A stretch of 64,000 bases of DNA, taken from positions 1 through 64,000 of the IMG/VR virus record IMGVR_UViG_3300037264_006128. One strand, given 5' to 3'. The stretch is from a virus. The notes under the pieces are model-generated. The model ran no database searches and was not told the DNA's origin. It saw nothing but the letters and a program-made list of their open reading frames with translations. Both the position numbers and the translations under genes were made by a program. Below, piece by piece: positions 1 through 9,298 of this stretch; the first letter of the stretch is position 1; every line of letters begins with the position of its first letter.

Positions 1-183
1 CTCCCCCGATGCCCGATGCACCACCACATCCCCCACGCTGAACTTAGGCCGCTTGCTTCCTTCTTCCATCACTTCACACCCCCCACCTTCCGCGGCGGAT
101 CCGCCGGCAGCGGCACAGCAAGTAACGGCGCACACATCTTCACCCACCCCTTCCGCGCCTGCCCACCACGATCGCGTAGCCGA

Positions 184-525
184 TTATCGGGCGTTGGGCA
201 CACAGGCATAAAGGCGTTCGATCAGCGCCAGCACGTCTTGTGTTTCCCACACCGCAAACATCTGGTCGTCGTCGAACAATCCATCACGGCCCACGCAATC
301 CAAGTCGAGCGCGAGGGATTCCCCGGTGCGCGCGGCATTGTCGCACCGGTCGAAAAAGTCTTCATTGCCGTCGCACTTTACGGCGGACGCGATTTCTTGA
401 GTCAGGAAGTCGCGCTCCCATGATTCCCCTTTGATCGCCAGTTCTCTAAACACGCACGGTTCCCACCTCGAAAACAGCGTGTTCCCCGGCATCGCCATGA
501 ACGTCTTGCGGTCAACGATCTTCAT
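184..525 (-). CDS. conserved phage hypothetical protein
   Basis: 113 aa ORF, GGAGAAG RBS upstream, globular composition. Confidence 0.75.
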   Translation of the reverse strand: MKIVDRKTFMAMPGNTLFSRWEPCVFRELAIKGESWERDFLTQEIASAVKCDGNEDFFDRCDNAARTGESLALDLDCVGRDGLFDDDQMFAVWETQDVLALIERLYACVPNAR

Positions 526-912
526 GCTGTTCTTCTCCCGCGCCTAACATTGGCTCGGCACCTCTCGCCTTGCCCACACCCATTCACAACCCCCTTCAAT
601 ACGAACATTGCCGCAACGTGAACCGTGCCCTTCTTTTCCTTCATATGATGCCATATACACCACCGGCGGTGAAATGTAAAGCTACGGTGCGAACGCTGCC
701 AAGTAGAAGAAGGCAGTAAGGGAAAGAAGGGCAGGGAAAGAAGGCCCAGCGGGGCTGGCTCGGAAAGCAGTGAAAGAAGAAGCGAAAGGCCTCGGGGAAT
801 TGAAAAATGTAGGGGCCGGAAAAGAAGAACGGCCCGAATGTTCAGCGGAACTGGCGTGGAAAGCAGTAAAGTAGGAAGCGGGGCAGGGGGGCTGAGGCGC
901 GGAGGGGGAGGG

Positions 913-961
913 GTAACCCGCCCGAAACAGCCCCCCAGACCCTCTCCTAGGGGCGGGTTAC
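913..961. repeat. perfect 11-bp inverted repeat (GTAACCCGCCC/GGGCGGGTTAC) after a G-rich tract; possible terminus or packaging element
   Basis: arms 913-923 and 951-961 in a non-coding region between divergent genes. Confidence 0.5.
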
Positions 962-1044
962 TGGGCATCTGCCACACGGCACCTTTCCGCTGCCCCTTGC
1001 GCCACAAGGCTTTCCCGCATATCCCGTTTGCACAGTGTTTCCGC

Positions 1045-1073
1045 TTGCATCGCCCGTGCGCTAGTGGCATAAC
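1045..1073 (+). promoter_or_regulatory. sigma70-type promoter
   Basis: TTGCAT-N17-CATAAC with TG extension; same CGCTTGCA context as the other promoters. Confidence 0.5.
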
Positions 1074-1121
1074 GGGCTTACCGGAATTTACCGGCGCCAA
1101 GGAATCCGAAAGGGGAACCGA

Positions 1122-1322
1122 ATGGAAACGATGTACCGAATCACCATCGCAATCGCACACAACGCGCCACCCGTATGTTTGCCCGATATGTACAGCGCAC
1201 ATGCCGGCATGGCGATCGCCGCTGGGCAAGCGCTGGGCGCAGCATATGCGCCGTGCACGCTGGGTATATTCGCGCCCGAATCCAAGGGTGGTGGATTGTG
1301 CCTACATCAGATCTACGCGTAG
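1122..1322 (+). CDS. small hypothetical protein
   Basis: AAGGGG RBS, downstream of the promoter. Confidence 0.55.
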   Translation: METMYRITIAIAHNAPPVCLPDMYSAHAGMAIAAGQALGAAYAPCTLGIFAPESKGGGLCLHQIYA

Positions 1323-1375
1323 GCAATCACGCCTACGCTTACCGTAGCTACCGCTACAGAAAAAGGAAGTGAACC

Positions 1376-1972
1376 ATGGCCGAAATCGAAACCGCAGCGC
1401 CGCTGGAAACCCCGGTGGAAATCCAGCTACCGGTGGAAATCCAGCTACCGGCGGAACCGCCGGTGGCACGCAAGGGCAAGGGCAAGGGCAAGGTGCCCGC
1501 TGATCTATTGGCCAGCATCGCCGATTGCGCGGCAATCGCGGCGAAGCAACCAGGCAAGGCGCGCACGGCCAGCGCCCCTGGTTCACGTTCGCCCATCGAA
1601 AACACGCTTTTCGCCGTACCCGCTAGCACGCTAGCGGTACAGCCGGTAGTGCCCGGAAGGCCGATCTTCGGCGTAACGGCAGATGGCCTGATCTGCCGGG
1701 GCTGCGTGTACGGCACGCCAGCAAGGCCGTGGCTGTATTTCAGCCCCAGCGGCGTGGCCAGTAGCCTGGGCGATACGCCTACCGCTGCACGCAAGGCGTT
1801 GGGCCTTTCCGCCGCGAAAGCGGCGGAATCGGCATCGGCGCTAATCGCTAGTGGCCACAAGGGCACGCCGAAGCCGGTGATCGAATCGCTGGTAATGGCA
1901 GGGTACGCCGATGGCACGGTGTATCGCCGCAGCGAAGGGCCGCAAGGGGGTAGCAAGCGCGCCAAGAAGTAG
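1376..1972 (+). CDS. basic Ala/Lys-rich hypothetical protein, possibly DNA-binding
   Basis: AAGGAAG RBS; 18-bp tandem duplication 1412-1447 (PVEIQL x2); KGKGKGK. Confidence 0.75.
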   Translation: MAEIETAAPLETPVEIQLPVEIQLPAEPPVARKGKGKGKVPADLLASIADCAAIAAKQPGKARTASAPGSRSPIENTLFAVPASTLAVQPVVPGRPIFGVTADGLICRGCVYGTPARPWLYFSPSGVASSLGDTPTAARKALGLSAAKAAESASALIASGHKGTPKPVIESLVMAGYADGTVYRRSEGPQGGSKRAKK

Positions 1973-1998
1973 CGCACAGCCCACATACCCGCACCCCT

Positions 1999-2034
1999 GC
2001 ACAAGGCCCGTGGTATCCGCCACGGGCCTTGTGC
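1999..2034 (+). terminator. 15-bp perfect stem-loop, probable terminator
   Basis: GCACAAGGCCCGTGG-tatccg-CCACGGGCCTTGTGC just after the stop at 1972. Confidence 0.7.
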
Positions 2035-2262
2035 CATCCTGCAAGCGCTAGCATTTTGCAAGCGCGCCTATGGTGGCACGCTACGTGATCAAATCACGCG
2101 CCGTGCCAAGCGCGCCAGCTATGCAAATACGCTTGCCCTACGAACGCGCCAGCGAATTCCCACGAACGTTTCGCCGTGCCACACAAAAGCAGCGCAGGAA
2201 TTCCGCTGCGCAGGAAGATCGCTGCGCAGGAAAAAAGCTGCGGTCGGGGCCGAAGGGTCCCC

Positions 2263-2649
2263 AGTACGTCGCCGGGATGTCCTTACTGTCGGTCCCTTCC
2301 ATCTCCCAAGTACGTCGTTCGCATCTCCTTACTGGCAACTCTTGGCACTTCCCTCTTCGCTCGCGTCCGCGGCGAGGTCCCGGGACCTCCCAAGAACACA
2401 CTCCCAAGTACGGGGGCCGCGAGGCTTACTGAGGGGAAGCGAGGGGGAGCCGCTGGCTGTCCCAAGTACGTCGCCCGGACCTTCTTACTGAGGGAACGCG
2501 AGCGCGGCCCGAAGGGACCTCGGAAGAGGTCCTTACTGCTCGGAAGTGCGACGTCGTGCCGGCTTACTGAGGTCCCGGCCCGTTTCAGCGACGGCACCGA
2601 GAGGGGTATGGCGCAGCCCTCTAAGTACGTCGCCTTGTGCGTCTTACTG
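2263..2649 (+). repeat. array of 6-7 AGTACG-N12/13-CTTACTG sites
   Basis: copies start at 2263, 2309, 2407, 2465, 2545 and 2624, plus a half-site at 2532. Confidence 0.9.
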
Positions 2650-2654
2650 AGGGC

Positions 2655-2921
2655 TTACGCCCGCGGCTCTTCCACTAGGCACTTCTGGTGGAAGAACATC
2701 TCGCAGCCTTCGGTCAGCGGCCGGCTGCAGGCGACGCAGCGGTGAGCCTGCGCATCTTCGATCAGGCAGAGGATCGACATGGTCGCTTCCGAAAGCGCCT
2801 TCTTTGGGGCATAACCGCGGTCTAACGTGTCTGCCAAGCACGTCAGGTCCGGGTCGCTTCCGATCGTCCCGCCCAGCAGTCGCAGCATCTTGTTCACGAA
2901 CGCCTCCCGATCAACGTCCAT
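2655..2921 (-). CDS. hypothetical protein with C-terminal CxxC...HxxC Zn motif
   Basis: GGAGGTG RBS, coupled to the upstream gene. Confidence 0.65.
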   Translation of the reverse strand: MDVDREAFVNKMLRLLGGTIGSDPDLTCLADTLDRGYAPKKALSEATMSILCLIEDAQAHRCVACSRPLTEGCEMFFHQKCLVEEPRA

Positions 2922-3088
2922 CACTTCACCTCCTTCGCTTCGTCTGCCGCCGCCATCTTCGCGGCGAGGGTTTCCCAATCCCGTGCGGTGACCCGGCGGG
3001 AGCCATCCTTGTGGGTGGCGGCGAGGTGCAGTTGCTTGCCGGTGAACAGACCGCTGATGATCCAATTGCCAACACCTTCCAACATCAT
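2921..3088 (-). CDS. small hypothetical protein
   Basis: GGAGGG RBS, ATGA overlap with the upstream stop. Confidence 0.6.
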   Translation of the reverse strand: MMLEGVGNWIISGLFTGKQLHLAATHKDGSRRVTARDWETLAAKMAAADEAKEVK

Positions 3089-3423
3089 CCCTCCTTCCAA
3101 CAGTCTTTCTTGTGCCCTGCGATCAGAGCTTTCAGCGCCTTCTTCGGGTGGCGGGTGAAGCGCCAGAGCCATCCGCACTTGCTGCAACGGATCATGCTGC
3201 AACCTGCCACATGATCTACCAGGCGGGAGTTTTCCCAGTAGGGCTTGCCTTCCTGTCTGCGCAAGAGCTGCGCCTTGTTGATTGCCGGCCCGAGGGGGCG
3301 GGGCTTGGGTGGCGCCCAGCATTTGCAGGCGAGCACCGTTTCGTGATCTGGGGTTGGGGGAAGGGGCGGGAGGGCCCGCGCAGCCTTCGCCTTCTTACCT
3401 TCCGGCCACATCTCCATCATCAT
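3085..3423 (-). CDS. hypothetical Zn-finger protein
   Basis: AAGGAG RBS; CxxC and H/C residues. Confidence 0.6.
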   Translation of the reverse strand: MMMEMWPEGKKAKAARALPPLPPTPDHETVLACKCWAPPKPRPLGPAINKAQLLRRQEGKPYWENSRLVDHVAGCSMIRCSKCGWLWRFTRHPKKALKALIAGHKKDCWKEG

Positions 3424-3431
3424 CTCCTTGC

Positions 3432-3662
3432 CTACCTTCTGGCGCGGGAGAACCGGGCCACCCGCATTTCCAACTGCTCCGCGCAGATCCCCAGCAGATC
3501 CCCCTGGGAGAACACGGGTTCCCTGCCCACCACAGTTAACCCGTTGGGGGCGACCCTGATGGGGATATCCCAGCGGGCGAGCTGGGCGATCAGTTCCTGC
3601 GGAACCACCACAGGGGAAATCGCCGGTTCCACCATCGCGAGTTCAGCCATCTTCCTTGCCAT
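3432..3662 (-). CDS. hypothetical protein
   Basis: ORF in the leftward operon. Confidence 0.55.
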   Translation of the reverse strand: MARKMAELAMVEPAISPVVVPQELIAQLARWDIPIRVAPNGLTVVGREPVFSQGDLLGICAEQLEMRVARFSRARR

Positions 3663-3736
3663 CTTCAGAGCCCTTTCTTTCGATCCCCCGTGCGGGAGGC
3701 CGGCCCCATGCCAGCCCCCCGGCGGGAGGGGGTGGC

Positions 3737-4021
3737 CTATTCAGCCAGACCCTTAGCTTCGCATCCCGCGCAGAACACGCGCCCAGAGGCCCTACGGCGC
3801 CAGCATTCAGGGCATACCTTCTGAAGGTAGGCAGCCACCACTAGCGTAGCCGCGGGGAGGGGCGCGTACCCTGGATCGCGATCTTCTGGGTACAGTTTGC
3901 CGAGGGCCATCAGTTCCCTGGCGGTATCCAGCCAGATCTGGCGGGACAGTTCTTCATCTATATCCACAAGCGCATTCATACGCTTATGGATATACCCCAC
4001 GAGCTGATCCTGCACTTCCAT
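3737..4021 (-). CDS. hypothetical protein with C-terminal Zn ribbon (CPEC...CAGC)
   Basis: RBS before ATG 4021, downstream of the promoter at 4097-4125. Confidence 0.65.
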   Translation of the reverse strand: MEVQDQLVGYIHKRMNALVDIDEELSRQIWLDTARELMALGKLYPEDRDPGYAPLPAATLVVAAYLQKVCPECWRRRASGRVFCAGCEAKGLAE

Positions 4022-4096
4022 ATCGGGACCCCTTTCCTGTGCGCAAGCGTGCTTCCCGTTCCGAACGCTTGCGGTTATCAGGTTGAACATGGTGCC

Positions 4097-4125
4097 ATTC
4101 AATCACAAGTCAAAACGCTTTGCAA
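4097..4125 (-). promoter_or_regulatory. leftward sigma70 promoter
   Basis: TTGCAA-N17-TTGAAT on the minus strand. Confidence 0.6.
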
Positions 4126-4335
4126 GCGCCACGTTTTACATCTCCCTTCCATCTGCCGGCATCTCGCCAAACTTCATGTCCGCGGCGGCAGGTCCCGCGT
4201 GGGGTCTTTCCGGCGGGAGCGCGCGGCGGAAGAGGTCCCAGGACTTGGCGGCGGGAGATCGCGGGCCGAAAGGACGTCCCAAGAGGTCCCCGCCCGCGAA
4301 GCGGGCGCACCGGGAGGGCTGACCTACTACCTCCC

Positions 4336-4410
4336 AGTACGCGAACCGGCGAGGCTTACTGGAGGGTTTCCGGCGGGCCCTCCTGATACGTCGCCCGGCG
4401 CTCCTTACTG
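4336..4410 (+). repeat. two AGTACG-N13-CTTACTG sites
   Basis: 4336-4361 and 4385-4410 (GATACG variant). Confidence 0.85.
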
Positions 4411-4425
4411 TCGGGCTGGGGCGTT

Positions 4426-4803
4426 TCAGTAGTTACCAAGATCCGCCCATTCGCCCTCTCCGCTTTCGATGTCTAAGGCGCGCGCACTGTCGATCTCCCC
4501 CAGCACCCGGAAGGCATTCGCCATTTCCTGTAGGCACTCCCACGAAAGCGCCTCCGCCCCCGAGATGACGAATCCATACCAGGCGGTCCGGCCGCCGCAT
4601 TCGTTAGGCCGCATGTCCTTTGGCCCATCGGTCATCCAGTAGATCGCCAGCCCGAAGGTCGGCGTATTCATCCGCGCCAGCCAGTCCTTCACTTCCGCAC
4701 GGGCGTGGGTCACTTCCAGCTTCTCGTTCGCCTCGATCACGGTCGGGAAGGCGAAGTCGAATGGGAGTTTCCCCTGAATCGTCACCTGTTTCACGTTTGC
4801 CAT
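4426..4803 (-). CDS. hypothetical protein
   Basis: AAGGAG RBS, 125 aa. Confidence 0.75.
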   Translation of the reverse strand: MANVKQVTIQGKLPFDFAFPTVIEANEKLEVTHARAEVKDWLARMNTPTFGLAIYWMTDGPKDMRPNECGGRTAWYGFVISGAEALSWECLQEMANAFRVLGEIDSARALDIESGEGEWADLGNY

Positions 4804-4828
4804 TTCGATCTCCTTTCCGCGCGCTCGC

Positions 4829-5044
4829 TCACTCCGCTTCCGGCTCTTCCGCCGCCGGGGGCTCCGCTTCCGGCTCCGCCGCCAGCGTCACCAGCAGGAA
4901 CAGCTCCTTCGGTGGGTCCGGGAACGCGGCCTTTTCCAGGTACACCGTCTGCGCTTTGCCGTGGAACGTGGGGACACCGGGGCCGGAGAGGTGGTACTTC
5001 CAGCAATTCGGCGATTCGCCTACCAAGGTCAGCTTCCACTCCAT
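4829..5044 (-). CDS. small beta-rich phage protein with acidic tail
   Basis: GGAGGAG RBS. Confidence 0.7.
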   Translation of the reverse strand: MEWKLTLVGESPNCWKYHLSGPGVPTFHGKAQTVYLEKAAFPDPPKELFLLVTLAAEPEAEPPAAEEPEAE

Positions 5045-5110
5045 GATCAACTCCTCCTTGCCATTTGCGGGCAGGGGAAGCACATCGCCTCCCCCGCCCA
5101 GTTCTCCCGA

Positions 5111-5551
5111 TCACCCAACCGGCAGTTCGATGTCCGCCGCCGGCGTCTCAACCGGGGCCTCGATCACGGGCTTCCGCGCGCGCTCCTTCTTCGGCTTCGC
5201 CGCCTTCTCCGCGGCGGCCCGCAGGCTGTCCAGGAACGCCCTCGCCTTCGTGAAGCTCCCGAACACATTGTCCCCCACAGCCATCTTCTGCACCGCGGTC
5301 CCGTTCGGGTAGCTCTTCAGGTAGATCACGATCCCGTCCGTCGTGGCCCCCTGGGCCTTCATGCTCTCACTGGCCAGCGTCGGCTTAAAGCTTTTCGGCA
5401 GCGGTTGGATCACGTTCCGGGGGTCGTTCGCGCCCTTCCCCGCGCGCCTCTTCTTCGGGTGCGCCGCTTCGTACTCCGCCACCGCCTTCGCGTTCTGCTC
5501 GAACATGCGATTCAAGTGCTTCTCGAAGTCGATCTCTTTCGCCTTACCCAT
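5111..5551 (-). CDS. basic Lys/Ala-rich hypothetical protein
   Basis: GGAGGTG RBS. Confidence 0.75.
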   Translation of the reverse strand: MGKAKEIDFEKHLNRMFEQNAKAVAEYEAAHPKKRRAGKGANDPRNVIQPLPKSFKPTLASESMKAQGATTDGIVIYLKSYPNGTAVQKMAVGDNVFGSFTKARAFLDSLRAAAEKAAKPKKERARKPVIEAPVETPAADIELPVG

Positions 5552-5735
5552 GATTCACCTCCTTCGCCCAGGGCTGGCGCCCCAGGAACTGCTGCGCGGC
5601 CTCTTCGTACCCTGCCCCACGCAGGTTCCGATAGGCCGTCCGTTGCACACTCTGCAACTTGCGGATCGCCCGTTGATGTTCGTAGCGGTCCGCAACTTCC
5701 ATCTCTTCCCGTTCCCATCTGCGGGGGACCTTCAT
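5544..5735 (-). CDS. hypothetical protein
   Basis: ATGA overlap with the upstream stop. Confidence 0.55.
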   Translation of the reverse strand: MKVPRRWEREEMEVADRYEHQRAIRKLQSVQRTAYRNLRGAGYEEAAQQFLGRQPWAKEVNHG

Positions 5736-6022
5736 TCCGTACCCCCACCATCCACACACGTGGGGCAGTACACTTGGTCTGCTTCGCGCTCTTCCCCGCA
5801 TTCGATGCAGCACCCACCACCGAAGTATTCCAGATGATGGGCGAGGATATCGCACATCTCGTTCATCCCTGCCTGCCATGTGGCGTGCAGGACCCCTTCC
5901 AGATCTGCCCCGGCGGCAAGAGCCTTCTGGGCATGCGCGATGCTTCTGATTGGATGTGGGGTCTGCCAGTACATTCCCACCACCTTTTCTACGAACGCGG
6001 CGACCTTCTGTTCGGTTTCCAT
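5732..6022 (-). CDS. hypothetical protein with C-terminal Zn ribbon (CIEC...CPTC)
   Basis: first gene after the promoter at 6177-6205. Confidence 0.65.
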   Translation of the reverse strand: METEQKVAAFVEKVVGMYWQTPHPIRSIAHAQKALAAGADLEGVLHATWQAGMNEMCDILAHHLEYFGGGCCIECGEEREADQVYCPTCVDGGGTE

Positions 6023-6176
6023 CTTCAAGACCCTTTCAGTTGCCAGGTTGTGGGCAGGGGAAGCCAAGAGCCCCCCTGCCAGTTGCCCATCAGAGCCCCA
6101 TTGCCTACCTGGTGCAAACCTAACGGTACATAGCGAGCCCCCTTTCTGTTTTCGTGATTCGGTTTCATCCTGCGTG

Positions 6177-6205
6177 ATTCTACCGCAAGCCGAAACGCTT
6201 TGCAA
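6177..6205 (-). promoter_or_regulatory. strong leftward sigma70 promoter
   Basis: TTGCAA-N17-TAGAAT on the minus strand. Confidence 0.8.
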
Positions 6206-6436
6206 GCGCCAAACCTGGCACCTCCCCCGGCGCCTCTGGGTGGGTCGCCGGGTTCCCTGTCTCCGGGATCCCTCCCGTCCTGGGCGAGGTCCCAGGAGGC
6301 TGGCGGGCACGGCCCCGGGCCCCAACCTCCCCAACCCTTCCAGGCAGCGGCCACCGGTGGGGAGGTCTCCGGCCGATCGGGGAGGGAAAGGCGGCAAACC
6401 GGCGAGGGGAAGAAGAGGCCCACCGCCGCCCCTCCC

Positions 6437-6621
6437 AGTACGCGGAACCCCCAGGCTTACTGTCAGGATCTGGCCCCCGCTTCATCATCTCCCCCCGAAG
6501 GGGGGAGATACACACGTGGCCCCTCGCGCCCCCGATTTCGGGAGGGCTTCGAACGAATCAGGGAGAGCATCAAGAGCGCCCACCCGGGCCCCTCCCGTAC
6601 GTCGCCTGCAGAACCTTACTG
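6437..6621 (+). repeat. two AGTACG-N13-CTTACTG sites
   Basis: 6437-6462 and 6596-6621 (CGTACG variant); degenerate copy at 7013-7038. Confidence 0.85.
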
Positions 6622-6632
6622 GTCGGTTTCCC

Positions 6633-7280
6633 AACTTCCCCGCGAAGATCCCCAGGATAACAATTAGGCCTCCCGAACTTCCCCCAGATGTTTCGCTGGG
6701 GGAACTGAACCTCCCCCTGAACCTCCCCCCGAACTTCCCCACAACAATCTTCCTGGTAACCTCCCGCTACCCCATTTCAGATAACTGCGATCTTCCTGGG
6801 GAAGCAAAACGCCCCTCCCGAACTTACCATAAAGATTATCTGGGGGAAGCAAGCCCTCTCGATTCATTCCCCACGAAGATGAGCTGTGGGAAGCGAAAAA
6901 CGACCCAAAATTCCCCACAATGATCCCAATTATCCGGTTTTGCTCCCTAGAAATGTAGCTGTGGGAGTTCTTCAGCGAAATCAATAGGATGGCGAGATCG
7001 GACGCGCTCCTAAATCCGACCTCCCCAGAGCGTTACTGAGCGATCATGGCGAGGGCGAGACCTCCCTCCCGCCCCTTTCCGCCCTTCTGGCCCGCGCCCC
7101 TCTTTTCCCCCATAACCTTATCTCTCTTCACATTTTCCCACTTATCCACACCCCATTTCCTCCCTTTGGCAGCTACTAGGACCTTTTTTTTCTTTTTCCC
7201 CTATAGACTTACAATTTCGCGGAGAATTTCGGGGGAAGGGCGGGGACAGGACTAAGAAGACCGATATTACCAAGACACAT
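6633..7280. other. candidate replication origin (iteron-like GAACYTCCCC repeats plus AT-/pyrimidine-rich tract)
   Basis: AAC(C/T)TCCCC at 6633, 6676, 6708, 6720, 6732; inverted GGGAAGC copies near 6798, 6844, 6888; non-coding and downstream of the replication genes. Confidence 0.5.
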
Positions 7281-7656
7281 ATTCAGCTACCCCAGACCGG
7301 AAAAGAAGCAAAGGCACAGAACGCGCGCGTAGGGGATCTGCGGGCGTGACAGTACGGGCGCGAGGGGGGGCGATTTCGTTCAGAAATCTTTATTGCTGGG
7401 AGTTTGAAGCCGGGGGGCTGGGGTTCTTGCAAGTTCGAGACTCGCGCTTGTGCCCGGAACGGGCTGCCCCCCGGCGTGGGGAGTTCACCGGTGGTCGATC
7501 GGCGGAGAACGGCCGCGGGGTTGGATCTTCGACTGCGCTTGACCCGTTTTGTGCCCCTCACGCATTTCCAGGCGATTTCCCGCGTTTTCGTGACCTACTG
7601 GCTACGGTGGTAGCCCCTGAGCGTGAAACAGGGCTTAAACGGGCTGGTTCGCGTTC

Positions 7657-8211
7657 CTACCGCCATTCCGGTCTGTACCCACGGCCTGTTCTTTCCTCTT
7701 CGTGCCGTTCCGCTTGGATTTGCTTCTTCACGAGGGCGGCTTGCCGTTTCAGTTTGCAGGGTCCCCACAGGATGTCGATCCGGGCGGTTGATCGGTGGGG
7801 GGAGGCGGAGAGTTCCAGGCGGCGGGGGATCAGGGCGGAGCAGTTACCGGCTTCTTTCGCTTCGCAGCGGGGGAGGCCGGGGCAGAAGTCCTTGCAGTTC
7901 CACATTGCCCTACCGGCGGCGGCGAGGGTGGCAAGGTTTTCCAGCACATCCTGGTCGTCCACCATGTCCCACCCCACATCTGGCTGCAGCTGGTGCATTC
8001 GGCGCAGCACGGTTTCCGCCAGGTCCCGTTCCGGGGCCAGGAGGGTTTCCCACTGATCCGGGGATGGGACTGTGCGTGACGTGCGGTTCAGTACGTGCGT
8101 GTACTGGTCGGGTTTCTGTTCTGGCTGGAGGTTGGGGGTTTCGTCCCCGGGTTCGCGCAGGGGATACTCTTCCCGGTCCTGCGGTTCGGAGTGATCAAGC
8201 CACGGCGTCAT
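7657..8211 (-). CDS. hypothetical replication-module protein, Cys-containing
   Basis: ATGA-coupled to the helicase loader-like gene. Confidence 0.7.
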   Translation of the reverse strand: MTPWLDHSEPQDREEYPLREPGDETPNLQPEQKPDQYTHVLNRTSRTVPSPDQWETLLAPERDLAETVLRRMHQLQPDVGWDMVDDQDVLENLATLAAAGRAMWNCKDFCPGLPRCEAKEAGNCSALIPRRLELSASPHRSTARIDILWGPCKLKRQAALVKKQIQAERHEEERTGRGYRPEWR

Positions 8212-8786
8212 CGTGCTCCACCTTTCCGGCCATCGTTGGCCATCCGGCCCTCTGGGCCATTCCGGCCTTCAGGGGCCTTGTTGAACCACTCGATCAGTTT
8301 CGTTGCCCGCGATTGGTCGATCAGCGGCAGCCCATCCGCATCGTGGGCGATCAGGTCTTCCGTTGCCTTGCGGGCGTTCGCCTCGTACGCCCTGCAGAAC
8401 TGCGAGTACAGGGTTTGTTCGTTCCGCGGGTCGCAGGTACAGAACGTATCCCACCCAAGTTGGGCGATGGTCTTGTTCAGGGCCTTGTTGCGGAAGTGGG
8501 GCGTTTGGTGCCTACCCAGCTCCCGCACATCTTCCTGCACGATCCCCCAGGCCTCCGCCGCCGCCAGGCTGGTGATCCCGGTCGCCATCACTTCGCGCCT
8601 GATGTCCGCCGGCTTCGGCCGCCGCGTTTGGGTCCGCATCCACGTGCCGGTTGCTGCGACCGTGGCTTTGTAGTCCAGGTCGTCGATCAGCCGGGCGTAG
8701 ATCCCCAGTGTGGCTTCGGACCACATCGGGACGGGATCCCAGGCGGCGATAGCGAGCCAGATTCTTTCCGCTTCGTTCAGTGTCAT
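8208..8786 (-). CDS. replicative helicase loader/inhibitor (SPP1 G39P-like)
   Basis: L.DLDY...AA...W...PKPADIR and AAEAWG.V...LGW..FC motifs; follows the initiator. Confidence 0.65.
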   Translation of the reverse strand: MTLNEAERIWLAIAAWDPVPMWSEATLGIYARLIDDLDYKATVAATGTWMRTQTRRPKPADIRREVMATGITSLAAAEAWGIVQEDVRELGRHQTPHFRNKALNKTIAQLGWDTFCTCDPRNEQTLYSQFCRAYEANARKATEDLIAHDADGLPLIDQSRATKLIEWFNKAPEGRNGPEGRMANDGRKGGAR

Positions 8787-9298
8787 TCTTCCCCCCAGAC
8801 TTCTTGGCAGTCGGCGTTCGGGTCTTCTTCCGCCGGCACAGATACCGTTGCCATCTTCCCCACAGGTGCGAACAGGAACTCGTTCTGTGCGATGCGCGCT
8901 TCCTCCTCGTCCGCTTGGCGGTCCAACACGTTCTGGATCATCCGCATCGTTTGCTCCGCGGCCGGGACGTAGCCGTTACCGCTGCGCTTCTTTGCGATCA
9001 CATCGCTCTGCACGGCTCTCCGTTTCCATTCCACCGTTGTGCGGACCCAGTTCTTCCACACCCCCCCATCCCAGTCCCGCCGTGGGTCTTTGAACTCGTG
9101 ATCCTTCATCGACTCGAAAGCCTCTTGCGCTTCTTGCTTGGTTAGGCCGCGGTCTATCGCGAACCGCAGCATCGTTGTGCTCAACGCCAACTCCCTGGGG
9201 GCCCGCTTCCCCTTCGTCCATCCACCACCAGGCTTGATGCGCGAGAAGTATTCGGCCTGCCTCCGTTCCGCTTTCAGTTTTGCTGGTGTTGGGAACAA
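8783..9298 (-). CDS. C-terminal half of replication initiator (DnaT-like ssDNA-binding domain)
   Basis: FESMKDH...RRDWDGGVWKNWVR motif; same frame as 9395-9994 and open up to the TAG at 9395. Confidence 0.65.
   Translation of the reverse strand: MFPTPAKLKAERRQAEYFSRIKPGGGWTKGKRAPRELALSTTMLRFAIDRGLTKQEAQEAFESMKDHEFKDPRRDWDGGVWKNWVRTTVEWKRRAVQSDVIAKKRSGNGYVPAAEQTMRMIQNVLDRQADEEEARIAQNEFLFAPVGKMATVSVPAEEDPNADCQEVWGEE

Noticed and set aside
2070-2140. sigma54 promoters (TGGCACG)
   Set aside because: No TTGC at the required -12 spacing; the sequences form a local palindrome instead
2263-2649. CRISPR mini-array
   Set aside because: Repeats are bipartite with a variable middle and irregular spacing (46-98 bp); no identical 25-40 bp repeat and no cas genes
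4961-8972. Long plus-strand ORFs (4961-6133, 5880-6923, 7623-8972) and similar shadow ORFs such as 60150-61571
   Set aside because: Antisense to RBS-bearing coupled genes, with Arg/Pro-rich composition typical of high-GC shadow frames
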